From positions 160,001 through 224,000 of the forward strand of contig JBJMOW010000006.1 of NCBI GenBank assembly GCA_045803545.1: a stretch of 64,000 bases of DNA. The letters run 5' to 3'. The stretch is from Gemmatimonadaceae bacterium (GTDB taxonomy: Bacteria; Gemmatimonadota; Gemmatimonadetes; Gemmatimonadales; Gemmatimonadaceae). Below, piece by piece: positions 19,965 through 29,652 of this stretch (its first letter is position 1; each line of letters opens with the position of its first letter). The notes beneath the pieces are model-generated. The model did no database searches, was not told the origin of the DNA, and worked only from the letters and a program-made list of their open reading frames with translations. Both the position numbers and the translations under genes were made by a program.

Positions 19965-21928
19965 CGCCGCCCGAAGCCAAACGGATAAAGCGGGTGAGCG
20001 GTGTCGTGCGGCACATCCGACTTCTGCGCCTCGACGTCCGCCATCGATGACGGGAGCTCGAACGGCAGTCGACCCTGTGGTTGCGCCGCGCCGGTAACGA
20101 CATCGAGCAGCGCCACATCGCTCACTCCAAAGTTGGCCAGCAACGCCGTCGCCCGGTCCTTGACGCCCGTCAGAATCGCCGGACGGTCGAGTGAAACGGT
20201 CAGAACCGTCGGCACCGCGGCGCTGATGCGCTTGATCTCCTCGAATTCCTTATCACCATCGCGGAAGCCGAGGTCACCCTCGTGCATCATCGCGCCGAAC
20301 ACGTACTGCGGGTGGATAGTCTGGTATGGCGCACCGGTGCGAACGATCGCCAAATCCGCCTGCGACAGATCAGACACGACGGTGAAGCCGTAGCGCGTCG
20401 CCGTCGCCGAATCGATGCCGTGCAGGAAGACTCGTTTGCCACTCGCGGCAACCGGGAGGAAATCCTTTTTATTCTCGAGCAACACCAGTGACCGACGCTG
20501 GGCATCAGTTGCCTGACGTTGGAATTCGCTGTTTCCCACCACTTGCCCCGCCCGAGCCGGATCGACGTAGGGATTCTCGAACAATCCCTGCCTGAATTTC
20601 TGTACGGCGATGCGATATGCAGACTCATTCACCTTTCGCTCGTCGACTTTGCCCATGCGAACTGCTTCAACGACGTATTGAGACTCTTCCACACCGCCGA
20701 ATTGGTCGACGCCGGCATTGATCGCTTTGGCAAAACGATCGAGCTTCGACAGGTTCTCCACGCCCCATGGCATCCCAACGTCGGCAAAACTCGGACGCTC
20801 TCCGGCTGGCGCTCCATTCTGACACTTGTCGGCACAATCGTTGGTGATCGCCCAATCGGTGAGGATAATTCCGTCAAAACCATATCGCTTGCGCAGCATC
20901 TCGTTTAGCAGCTGCTCGTTGAATCCCGCTCCCACCGGCACGATCGGCCGGCCATTGACAGTTGCGCCCTGCAGGATCGAATAAGTCGGCATCACCCCGC
21001 TAACATGGGCGGCAAACGCGCCGAGGAACGGCTTGATATGGATCTCGAGATCACCGGGCGAAAAGCTCGCGAACTTGCCGTAACTGTTATGGCTGTCGAG
21101 TCCGTTTTTCTGGGCGCCGTAACCAACCCAGTGCTTGACCACGGCGAGCACACCCAACGAGTCGAGGCCGGACGTTCCGTGCTGGAATCCTTGCACGTAC
21201 GCTTTGACCAAATCACGCGCGACGTCCGGGTCCTCGCCAAAAGTCCCGCTGATACGACTCCACCTTGGCTCGGTCGCAATATCTGCCTGCGGCGACAACG
21301 TCTCTTCGATCCCAACCGCGCGGTACTCCTGCCGGGCGATGTCAGCGAAGCGTCTGACCAGGGCAGCGTCACGAAGGGCAGCGAAGCCTAGAGTTTCTGG
21401 CCACTGCGAGAATCCACTCGCCTGTACGCTGGCACCGAGCGTGTATTGGAAATGATTGCGCGGATCGGTACTGATGGTGAGCGGAATTCCGAGTCGGGTT
21501 CTCTCGGCGATCTCCTGCAGCGAGTTGTTCTGGGCGGCGAGTGTCGCCGGATCGCCGCGCAACCTGGTGATAAAGCTGTTGACGGCGGCGTCGCGAATCA
21601 GCCTGCCCATCGCCGCGGTGTCGTAGCCGGTGCCGGCACCTACCATTCCCAGGGGGCCGCTGCTGCGTGCGGTGCCGTGCATCATCATTCCCGCTTTTTC
21701 TTCGAGCGTCATCCGCTCGACCAGATCAAATGCCCGGCCGCGGGGCGTGCGCCGCCAGTCCTCGAACGGTTCCAACCGGCCATTTCGATTGAGGTCCTTG
21801 AACTTTTTGCCGCCGACCTGAATAATCGGGGTCGATCGCGCGCCGAGGGTGGGTTGAGGAAGAGTCGTGTCCTGGGCATGGACGACGATCGGGACGAGCG
21901 AGAGCAGGATGGCGCGCGACGATATCAT
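19943..21928 (-). CDS. GH3 beta-glucosidase family glycosidase, secreted
   Basis: MTLEEKAG, STDPRN, TFGEDP, KHW and ILTDW (nucleophile Asp) motifs; signal peptide. Confidence 0.93.
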   Translation of the reverse strand: MISSRAILLSLVPIVVHAQDTTLPQPTLGARSTPIIQVGGKKFKDLNRNGRLEPFEDWRRTPRGRAFDLVERMTLEEKAGMMMHGTARSSGPLGMVGAGTGYDTAAMGRLIRDAAVNSFITRLRGDPATLAAQNNSLQEIAERTRLGIPLTISTDPRNHFQYTLGASVQASGFSQWPETLGFAALRDAALVRRFADIARQEYRAVGIEETLSPQADIATEPRWSRISGTFGEDPDVARDLVKAYVQGFQHGTSGLDSLGVLAVVKHWVGYGAQKNGLDSHNSYGKFASFSPGDLEIHIKPFLGAFAAHVSGVMPTYSILQGATVNGRPIVPVGAGFNEQLLNEMLRKRYGFDGIILTDWAITNDCADKCQNGAPAGERPSFADVGMPWGVENLSKLDRFAKAINAGVDQFGGVEESQYVVEAVRMGKVDERKVNESAYRIAVQKFRQGLFENPYVDPARAGQVVGNSEFQRQATDAQRRSLVLLENKKDFLPVAASGKRVFLHGIDSATATRYGFTVVSDLSQADLAIVRTGAPYQTIHPQYVFGAMMHEGDLGFRDGDKEFEEIKRISAAVPTVLTVSLDRPAILTGVKDRATALLANFGVSDVALLDVVTGAAQPQGRLPFELPSSMADVEAQKSDVPHDTAHPLYPFGFGRRYSRVAR

Positions 21929-21953
21929 TTGGATACGGGTAGGCTGTATGGGC

Positions 21954-21959
21954 TATAAT
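21954..21959 (+). promoter_or_regulatory. Consensus -10 box (TATAAT) in the short divergent GH3/YdjC intergenic region
   Basis: Perfect TATAAT 27 nt upstream of ATG 21987 in a GC-rich genome; no good -35 at canonical spacing. Confidence 0.5.
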
Positions 21960-21986
21960 ATTCTCTCCCATTTTCCGAGTTCGCCA

Positions 21987-22904
21987 ATGCTGAAGTCGCT
22001 CGTACTCTCAGCGGTTCCCCTGATTTTCTCCTCTGTGTTATCCGGGCAACAGCAGACGATCGCTGAGCGATTAGGGTATCCGCGAGACGCCAAGCTGCTG
22101 ATCATCCACGCAGATGATCTCGGCTTCGCACACTCGGCGGACGCCGCGAGCTTCGACGCGCTCAATGCGGGTGCGATAACCTCGGCAAGCATCATGATGC
22201 CGACTCCGTGGGTGACCGAAGTCGCCGCTTACGCGAAGGCTCACCCGGAGGCTGATCTCGGGCTGCATCTCACGCTGACCAGTGAATGGGCGACTTACCG
22301 TTGGGATGGATTGGCGCCGACCGACAAAGTTCCAAGCTTGTATGATCCGGACGGTACGCTACCAAACGACGAATCCATCGTCGCGAAGCGCGCGAAGCCG
22401 GAAGAAGTCGAGCGAGAGCTACGAGCACAGGTCGAACGAGCGCTGGCGCTTGGAATCAAGCCGACACATCTCGACAGTCACATGGGTTCCCTGTTCGCGA
22501 CACCTGCGCTGTTCAATGTCTACACGAAAGTGGCGCACGATTATCACCTGCCGTTCCTCGCAGTGCGACAGGGGCCGCTTGGCGCTGGGGATTTCGTGCT
22601 GGCACCGAAAGATGTGCCGCTCGATGCCGTTGTCATCGCCGGCGACAACGTGCCGCGCGACAAGTGGAAGGAGTTTTACCTCGACGCCATCAAGAATCTG
22701 AAGCCCGGCGTTACCGAGCTAATTATCCATCTCGGTCACGACGACGCCGAGCTGCAAGCGGTGACCGTGAATCATGAGCCCTACGGCTCCGCCTGGCGTC
22801 AACGTGATTACGATGTCGTGAACAGCGCCGAGTTCAAGCAGGCGCTGAAGGACAACCACATCGTTTTGATCAGGTGGCGGGACCTTGGGAAGCTCGTTCA
22901 ATAG
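21987..22904 (+). CDS. ChbG/YdjC family carbohydrate deacetylase, exported
   Basis: IIHADDLG, GLHLTLTSEW, THLDSHM and ELIIHLG motifs; signal peptide. Confidence 0.9.
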   Translation: MLKSLVLSAVPLIFSSVLSGQQQTIAERLGYPRDAKLLIIHADDLGFAHSADAASFDALNAGAITSASIMMPTPWVTEVAAYAKAHPEADLGLHLTLTSEWATYRWDGLAPTDKVPSLYDPDGTLPNDESIVAKRAKPEEVERELRAQVERALALGIKPTHLDSHMGSLFATPALFNVYTKVAHDYHLPFLAVRQGPLGAGDFVLAPKDVPLDAVVIAGDNVPRDKWKEFYLDAIKNLKPGVTELIIHLGHDDAELQAVTVNHEPYGSAWRQRDYDVVNSAEFKQALKDNHIVLIRWRDLGKLVQ

Positions 22905-22946
22905 GCGCGTGACGGGAGATGCGGGTCCGCCAGCGGGAGGTCGTTG

Positions 22947-24794
22947 CTAGAGCACCAGGCGTTGCCGGGATTTGAAGTAATCTCGCCATGGGTCTACCTT
23001 TGCCCGCCGCAGGCGATCCCGGATGTTCTGCACGGTCCATACGTCGCTTGCTTTGAGGCGCGTCAGTTCGTCCCATGCCAGGGGCACCGACATCGCTCCA
23101 TCAGGCGCTGCACGGGTCGAGAACGCAGCGACAGCAATCGACGTGCGGTAGTTCCGTTTGTAGTCAATAAGAATCTTGCCTCGGCGCGCTGATTTCTCGA
23201 ACGACAGCGTATAACGCGCAGATTCTTCCGTTAGCTCATTTGCGACCTGCCGGCTGAATTCAAATACGGCGTCCCAGTCGTGTTCGGGGCGAAACGGTAC
23301 GACGACGTGCAAGCCCTTGCCTCCCGTCGTCTTGACCCAGCTTTCGAGGTCACTCGCGTGCAGCAGCTTGCGTAGTCTTCGCGCTGCTCCAGAGACGTCA
23401 CGCCACGGAACGTTGTCGCCCGGGTCGATGTCGAACACCACGCGATCCGGCCGCTCGACATTGTCGGTGCGCGCATTCCATGTGTGCAGCTCGACGACGC
23501 CTGACTCGATGAGCGCAATAAGCGCGTCACGTGAATCGACGTAACAGTACTCACCGATTTTTTTCTTTTCCGATATGTGGACGCGTGGGACAGTGTCTGG
23601 AACGAATCGCTGGTCTCGCGCTGTGTGGTGCACGAATTTGGCTTGCGATCTCAGCGCATCGGCGCGGGTTATCGGCGCCGTCGCTCGGACGAGGGTGAGT
23701 GGGCGGCGCTCGACATGCGGTAGCGCCCAGTCGGCGATCTCCGAGTAGAGCTGCGCCAGATCGGACCGCGTAAACCGAATCCGGGGATACACGAGCGGTG
23801 AGTCCGGTTTCGCCTTTGATTGAATCGCGTTCGCCGCTCTCGAGGCCTGTTTACCACCGACGTGGGCTTCCTTTTCGCGATGTACATCCCGAGGATCCTT
23901 GTCGTTACGAAACCCCTGCAGTGATGGGTGGCGAATGTGGCCATCGGCGGTCCACTCTGTGAATTCGATTTCGGCGACCTTCACCGGCTTCACGTAATGC
24001 GCATTCCTGCCGAGCCAGCCTGGTGGTTGCGGGTCGAACGGCGTGCGATCGATTTCGATTTTCTCTAGATCACGACGTAGCTGCCGACTAAAAGCGTTGC
24101 TCCAACCGGCGCCTGTACCGACTTTCCCGGCGAAGCGCAGGTGGCTGCGCTCGTAATAGCCGACGAGAATCGAGCCGACTCCGACGCGCGCGCCCGATGG
24201 ATCGGTGAACCCTCCGACGACAAATTCCTGGCGTTTGACGCATTTGATTTTCTGCCAGTCGGAGCTGCGCGCGTCCAGGCGATATGGCGCATGACGGAGC
24301 TTGCTGATGATTCCTTCGGCACCGAGTGCACACGCCTGCTGAAAGACGTTCATGCCGTCGCGATCGAAGTGGTGGTTGTAACGAATGACCCTGGCGCCGC
24401 TGCCGACGAGTTTTTCAAGGATTGCTTTTCTCTCGAGCAGCGGCCGCTTGGTAAGATTCTCGCCGTCGAGCGAAAGCAGATCAAACGCGAAGTAGGTCAG
24501 CCCTCGCCTGCTGTTCCCCAGCTGCTGCAGTAGCTGAAAGCGCGACACACCATTGGCATCGAGCACGACGATCTCGCCGTCGATGAGCGCGTTCTTGGCC
24601 TTTAGCTTGCGCGCCGCAGCCACGATCTCCGGGAATTCGCCCGTATAATCGGTTCCGCGACGCGAGATGATGTGCACTCCCCTTCCCTCGATGAACACGC
24701 CCATGCGGAACCCATCGAGCTTGAGCTCATGAATCCATCTGTCACCCGCCGGTGGTCGATCGACGAGGAGGGCTTTTTGAGGGCGGTACTCCAT
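22947..24794 (-). CDS. ligD: NHEJ DNA ligase D (ATP-dependent ligase plus AEP primase-polymerase; no phosphoesterase domain)
   Basis: ELKLDGFR (KxDG), EGIISK, WQKIK and RHPS; polymerase motifs DRVVFDIDP, KTTGGKGLH and IDYKRN. Confidence 0.92.
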   Translation of the reverse strand: MEYRPQKALLVDRPPAGDRWIHELKLDGFRMGVFIEGRGVHIISRRGTDYTGEFPEIVAAARKLKAKNALIDGEIVVLDANGVSRFQLLQQLGNSRRGLTYFAFDLLSLDGENLTKRPLLERKAILEKLVGSGARVIRYNHHFDRDGMNVFQQACALGAEGIISKLRHAPYRLDARSSDWQKIKCVKRQEFVVGGFTDPSGARVGVGSILVGYYERSHLRFAGKVGTGAGWSNAFSRQLRRDLEKIEIDRTPFDPQPPGWLGRNAHYVKPVKVAEIEFTEWTADGHIRHPSLQGFRNDKDPRDVHREKEAHVGGKQASRAANAIQSKAKPDSPLVYPRIRFTRSDLAQLYSEIADWALPHVERRPLTLVRATAPITRADALRSQAKFVHHTARDQRFVPDTVPRVHISEKKKIGEYCYVDSRDALIALIESGVVELHTWNARTDNVERPDRVVFDIDPGDNVPWRDVSGAARRLRKLLHASDLESWVKTTGGKGLHVVVPFRPEHDWDAVFEFSRQVANELTEESARYTLSFEKSARRGKILIDYKRNYRTSIAVAAFSTRAAPDGAMSVPLAWDELTRLKASDVWTVQNIRDRLRRAKVDPWRDYFKSRQRLVL

Positions 24795-25026
24795 CGGCCA
24801 GGTCTATTTCAAGACGTATTCCGGGACGTCCGTCTAGAGCGACCACGCGGGGTTCAAGAACTCGCCACGCGTCAGTCGGCGTAAACCCGTTCCGTCGGCG
24901 TTTGCGACATAAAGGGTGTTCGGGGGTGTCAACTGTGGTCCAGGATTCCGATGCCGTCAGAAACGACACTGCGGGCGACCCCAGAAGGAATCAACCCGCA
25001 GTTCGTTATGTCCGTAACACCTGACT

Positions 25027-25809
25027 TTAGAGAATTCCGCCGCTTCTCACTCTGAAGTCGACGTTGTCGTTGATCCACTTCCAGAGCTCCGCCTGCTGCT
25101 CGGGAGCCGCGCCGTCCTTGTAGTGCTGGCGCCAGGTGGCCATGACTTCGTCATCGACTGTCCAGATTCTTACGCGACGGCGCGGGACGCTTTTCTCCCA
25201 GTGCACTGCGACCGTCGGACGCGGATAAAGCAGACGCAGCGTGGTGTTCTTCGAGAGGTACTCGAGCCCGTTGACGCTGATCTTTCTGTATTTGCTCAGG
25301 CTGTCGTTCTTCGAGGTCGGCGTGTCCGGGATACCGTCGGTCAACATCACCACGTTGATCGGCGACAGTACCAGGTTCTGACGCTTCACCAGCGTCGCGA
25401 CGCGCTCGAAGAATGGATTGAAATCGGTGAGTCCGTCGTGCGGCGGATATTCCTTACGCAGATATGCGGCAATCTGCGGTACCGTCATCTTCTCGAAGGT
25501 CATGATCGGCTGGAACGACTTCGTCTCGCCGGGTTTTTCGCCGCCGAACGAGCCGACGAACACAGCTGTCGGCTCTTTGAGGCCGCCCAAACCGTGCAGG
25601 TGTGCGTACAGATAGTTTGCCGCGAAATCCACTGCGCTTTCGTAGCCGCGCTTGCCGCTGAATGAGCCGCTGACATCTATTGCCAGCACCAGCGTGGAGC
25701 GCGCAACCCGCGGGCTGCTCTCGGCCGTCGAGCAGCCAAAGAGAGCGAGGGTCACCATGCCGACGAACGCCGCGCCGGTGACGACTTTCACAATGCGTAG
25801 TTTGCTCAT
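25027..25809 (-). CDS. vWA-domain lipoprotein
   Basis: Lipobox LFGC; complete MIDAS (DVSGS...TDF...LTDG). Confidence 0.8.
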   Translation of the reverse strand: MSKLRIVKVVTGAAFVGMVTLALFGCSTAESSPRVARSTLVLAIDVSGSFSGKRGYESAVDFAANYLYAHLHGLGGLKEPTAVFVGSFGGEKPGETKSFQPIMTFEKMTVPQIAAYLRKEYPPHDGLTDFNPFFERVATLVKRQNLVLSPINVVMLTDGIPDTPTSKNDSLSKYRKISVNGLEYLSKNTTLRLLYPRPTVAVHWEKSVPRRRVRIWTVDDEVMATWRQHYKDGAAPEQQAELWKWINDNVDFRVRSGGIL

Positions 25810-27074
25810 GATGCGATCCTCGGCATTGGGTCCATCGGCGTGCGGTGTCTGCCCTTGTCACCCGACGAGCGAGAATTGAACGGTACCGGCGTCGCCGCCA
25901 GGATGTCCTCGAGGGAAGTGAACGGCAGCACGAAGTGAGGCCGTGACTGCACGATCACAACCGCGAAGTTGATCGCGGCAGCGAACAGCTGCAGCACCGG
26001 AAGCGACAGCAGCTCGAACATGCGCTTCGCTTCCTCGTGGAACCAAGCCGTCTCCGCCTTGAGAGCGTTGACCGGCTCCCGCCAGAGGCCAGGCTGTGGA
26101 GCCGCGGTCGGTATTTTGGTTACGCCTTCATGGTTTACAGCCTGGCGCGACAGGATCGCTAATAGAGCCGGCGTTCCAAATCGACCAAACAGGAACCACG
26201 ACATGCCGCGTACGCCCAGCCAGCCGAAAGAGGCAAGGCCAATCGTGGCGCCGATGCCGAGGTGAACTGAATCACCCGACTGCTGCGCAATCCACGGCGT
26301 GATCGCGTCGATGAGTTCGCGATAAAGGAAGATGACTTCGAAGAACATCACCGCCGCTTCAACGACGAGCATCTGTGCAATTGTGCCTGGCTTCTTAGCC
26401 TTGACGGCTTCCGTTACGACCTGGACGCAGGCAAAGCTTCCCGCCACCAGCAGGAAGAGGAACATCCACAGCAGCGGCGCCATGACCGCCGGATTGGGAT
26501 CGAAGCCCGTCAGACTGCCGAATACTTCAACGAGTGTCGGCTGTAAGGTGAACGTGAAGATCGTCGCTTCAATCGCGCACCATATGGTAAGGACCATGAA
26601 GGCGACCCACGGCACACCCGGCTGGAAGTAGCTGCGTGACGCACCGTCGAGGAGCGTCAGCGGCGAGCGCACGATGCCAAGCAGAATGTTCTTGATCATC
26701 AACAGCCCGAAACGAATCGAGCCGATCACCCAACCAACCAGGGCAACGCCAACGCGAAGCATGCCGGTCCAGAACAGCCAGATGCAGCGAGCGGCATCCC
26801 ACCACGTCATAAGCAGCGCGGTCATGAAATGGCCGCGACCAGAGCGGAACGGCAGCGTATACAGAGAGGCCGCAGTGCACCACGCGCCGGCCATTAACAC
26901 GAGCACCGGTACGAGTAGCACGACCCAGGTAAATACGCGCGCCGCCGGATGTCCATTGATCAGCGAGGACAGCATCGCCGGCTGCCACTGGCCGAGCCAG
27001 CGCAGAGGCGCAGTTAAAAGCATCACCGCGGGCTGCCACTGCGCGGGGAATAGTTGCGCGAACGAATCAAACAT
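25806..27074 (-). CDS. Polytopic membrane protein of unknown function
   Basis: Many TM helices; start chosen at ATG 27074 with a GAGGT SD (the ORF is open to 27116); ATGA overlap with the vWA gene. Confidence 0.75.
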   Translation of the reverse strand: MFDSFAQLFPAQWQPAVMLLTAPLRWLGQWQPAMLSSLINGHPAARVFTWVVLLVPVLVLMAGAWCTAASLYTLPFRSGRGHFMTALLMTWWDAARCIWLFWTGMLRVGVALVGWVIGSIRFGLLMIKNILLGIVRSPLTLLDGASRSYFQPGVPWVAFMVLTIWCAIEATIFTFTLQPTLVEVFGSLTGFDPNPAVMAPLLWMFLFLLVAGSFACVQVVTEAVKAKKPGTIAQMLVVEAAVMFFEVIFLYRELIDAITPWIAQQSGDSVHLGIGATIGLASFGWLGVRGMSWFLFGRFGTPALLAILSRQAVNHEGVTKIPTAAPQPGLWREPVNALKAETAWFHEEAKRMFELLSLPVLQLFAAAINFAVVIVQSRPHFVLPFTSLEDILAATPVPFNSRSSGDKGRHRTPMDPMPRIAS

Positions 27075-27243
27075 TTTTAGACCTCGCAGTGAGGTTTGCA
27101 TCGAGCCCGAAGACACACGGGCGGAGGCACCGCGAATCGTGACTGGCGGTGCCAGTTCTGCGAGTTTGACGCGTAACGGCTGAGCTTGGATACAGCGAAG
27201 CCGTTATCCGCACGAGCAGGCGGTTTACTGCCGGTTACCAAAA

Positions 27244-27276
27244 GCAAAAGCCCCCGGCGATTGCCGGGGGCTTTGC
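27244..27276 (-). terminator. Intrinsic terminator after the susC-susD-DUF4397 operon
   Basis: Minus strand GCAAAGCCCCCGGC-AATC-GCCGGGGGCTTTTGCTTTT: GC stem followed by a U-rich tail. Confidence 0.88.
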
Positions 27277-27288
27277 CATCTGTTCGGC

Positions 27289-28086
27289 CTACCTGTTGGT
27301 CGTGTTATCGAGGCACGTCTTGTTCGACGCCGCGCAACCCGTGGTTGTCGGCGCGACGGTGATGTCCCCGCGCGCGGTGATCGTGTAAACTCTGCCGCCG
27401 CTGAAAGAAACACCGGTTCTCGACAGCGCATTGGTCGTCGCTCCGTTGTAGCGCGTACTGATGTCGTACGCGCCCGCGGGGATGTTGACGAATGCACCAG
27501 CCTGTTTATACCCGACTTCGGCACCGATTGGAAGTTCGGCGCCGGTGGTAGTGGGCTTTGCGTACAGCGTCATCGGATTCGCATTGGAGATTGCATTCAC
27601 GAATCTGACCGTCGCCGTATTGAGATCAGGCGGCGGAGTGAACGGATCCTCGACAATGAAGTTGTCGACAGTCTTGGCCGTACTGTTGTAGATCCCGCTC
27701 ATGTAGAACGAGTAGTACTTGCCGTCCTCGATGTTTGCGGTGAGAGTCGAGATCGCGAGATCCTTATCAGTAGCGGCCGCGATCTTCCCCGCCAACGCGT
27801 GCGAGCCCGGAGCAATGGCCGAGTAATCCCCACCACCCGACACGCCGCCGTAGGCGATGCCGCTCGTCGACTCAGTTCCCGTCGTTGACAAGACCGCGGA
27901 CATCTTCGTCTCGTCGGCGTAGAAGTTCACACTCGGCGCGTTGACACCGAAGTTGAAGAACCGGACTCGCGAATTCGCCAGCGGCGCCTCAGTGAGGTTC
28001 TGCACCGTTTTGTCGCCACACGCTGAAAGGAGGCCGGCCGCGACCAGCACTGCCAGCGAAGCATATCTATTCATTAGCCTGGTCAT
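27289..28086 (-). CDS. DUF4397-like lipoprotein
   Basis: Lipobox LSAC; two VRFFN/VRFVNA beta-sandwich repeats; ATGA overlap with susD. Confidence 0.8.
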   Translation of the reverse strand: MTRLMNRYASLAVLVAAGLLSACGDKTVQNLTEAPLANSRVRFFNFGVNAPSVNFYADETKMSAVLSTTGTESTSGIAYGGVSGGGDYSAIAPGSHALAGKIAAATDKDLAISTLTANIEDGKYYSFYMSGIYNSTAKTVDNFIVEDPFTPPPDLNTATVRFVNAISNANPMTLYAKPTTTGAELPIGAEVGYKQAGAFVNIPAGAYDISTRYNGATTNALSRTGVSFSGGRVYTITARGDITVAPTTTGCAASNKTCLDNTTNR

Positions 28087-29651
28087 GGGAGGATGATCCA
28101 CAACGGTTTGGTGTGATAGTCGGTATCGAGCCCGCCGATGACATCGAGGCTCGCTCTGTTCCAGACGTACTCGGAGTTGAACCTCGGCCGAATGCGCTGC
28201 ACAACCTTACCCGCGTTGTCTGGATAAAGGCTCGTCGGGGGCGCAAAGCCGCGGAAGATCTCCACTCCGCTGACCGGATCGTTATCGGTGTAATGGTACC
28301 GGCGCATGTCCATCCATAGCTCGTTGTGTCCCCACGCCCACTGCGCGATGACCTTCTGAGACATGATGTGGGACAAGTCCAGCACCGCCGGGAAAATAGT
28401 TGGCGATGCCATGAACGTGGCCTTCGCCGTGGCATCGATCTGGGTGACAGCCTGACCATCGTCGCTATTGTGCGCGTTGACGAAATCGATGTGCGAAGAG
28501 ATCGCGTTCCGATACGCTGTTTGCGCCGTACCCTGATCGCCCGACCGCAGCGCCGCTTCAGCCTTGATGAACTGAAGCTGCGAGTAAGTCATCAGGGGCA
28601 TCTTCGACTTGTCCGAGAACAGATACCGGCTCGGCGACTGACGTGTACTTCCGGGATAGCCGTAGAAGTTGTTGGGCTTCTGCGGGTCAGTGAGCGCGCC
28701 GTATCCCGCGACGTTCGGATCCAGTCCACGGAAATTTCCATCCGGCGACGGCGACAGCATCCGCGACATGCGTGGATCGACGGTGCCGCCGAATTGGGTG
28801 CCATCCATCAGGCCGACGATGAATCGGGTTTGACGGTAGTTCGTGATGTTGTCACGCGATGGTCCCCAGAAATTGCGGTCGGCGTTGTCGGTGCTCAGCG
28901 CCGGATACTGCAACTGCGCATCGTCGGCGTTGCTCGCGAAAGACCTGTCGACGTCTGCGATAACTGCCGCCGGATCATAATTCGCTTTGTTGCTGTAATG
29001 ATTGAGGCTCAGGGCGCGGAATCCGTACGCAAACTTCAGCCACTTCGTACGATCGCCATTGTAGATTTTGTCGCCTTTGGAGAGGTAGGTCGCGTCGACT
29101 GCACCATCCGTCCGCTGCAACAGCACGATTGCACTGTCGAGCAGCCGTTTGACTTCCTCGTACGCGTACTGCTGGCTGTCGTAATCAAACGCGGTGCGAG
29201 ACGGATCGATCGCTTCCTTGACGATGATCTCGCCGTGCAGATCAGTCAGCACCTGCCAGCCCCAGGCCTTCAAGATGAGACCGACACCAAGCAGATCCCA
29301 CCGCTGCTCGGCTTCGGCCTTGTTGTTCATGTCGATCAGATTCTGGCCCAGCGACCAGTAAACATCACGCCATTGCTCGGCGCCGTTGTCGCTGGATGGA
29401 TCGTAGCCCATTCGGTCCCACGTGCTGAGCACCGTCTGGCCGTTGGCTAGCATCCACTCCTGGGTGTAACGACCGACGAAACGGCCGTCGAACTGCGGCG
29501 CCGTCACCATCCAGTGAATCATGGGCGGCAGGTACAGATTCGCAGTGACCGTCTGTGGTCCGTTCGGGTTCGTGTTTACATCGAGGTAGTCGCTACAAGC
29601 CGCCGAAACGACGAGAGACCCCGCGAGTAGAGAGATAAGTGTCTTCTTCAT
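28083..29651 (-). CDS. SusD/RagB family outer-membrane lipoprotein
   Basis: Lipobox SAAC-SDYLDVNTNPN; LQFIKAEA and WMDMRR motifs; downstream of susC. Confidence 0.92.
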   Translation of the reverse strand: MKKTLISLLAGSLVVSAACSDYLDVNTNPNGPQTVTANLYLPPMIHWMVTAPQFDGRFVGRYTQEWMLANGQTVLSTWDRMGYDPSSDNGAEQWRDVYWSLGQNLIDMNNKAEAEQRWDLLGVGLILKAWGWQVLTDLHGEIIVKEAIDPSRTAFDYDSQQYAYEEVKRLLDSAIVLLQRTDGAVDATYLSKGDKIYNGDRTKWLKFAYGFRALSLNHYSNKANYDPAAVIADVDRSFASNADDAQLQYPALSTDNADRNFWGPSRDNITNYRQTRFIVGLMDGTQFGGTVDPRMSRMLSPSPDGNFRGLDPNVAGYGALTDPQKPNNFYGYPGSTRQSPSRYLFSDKSKMPLMTYSQLQFIKAEAALRSGDQGTAQTAYRNAISSHIDFVNAHNSDDGQAVTQIDATAKATFMASPTIFPAVLDLSHIMSQKVIAQWAWGHNELWMDMRRYHYTDNDPVSGVEIFRGFAPPTSLYPDNAGKVVQRIRPRFNSEYVWNRASLDVIGGLDTDYHTKPLWIILP

Positions 29652-29652
29652 T

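Noticed and set aside
24962..25007. Hairpin ACTGCGGG/CCCGCAGT as the terminator of the vWA operon
   Set aside because: The 19-nt loop and weak U-tract make it only a possible terminator.
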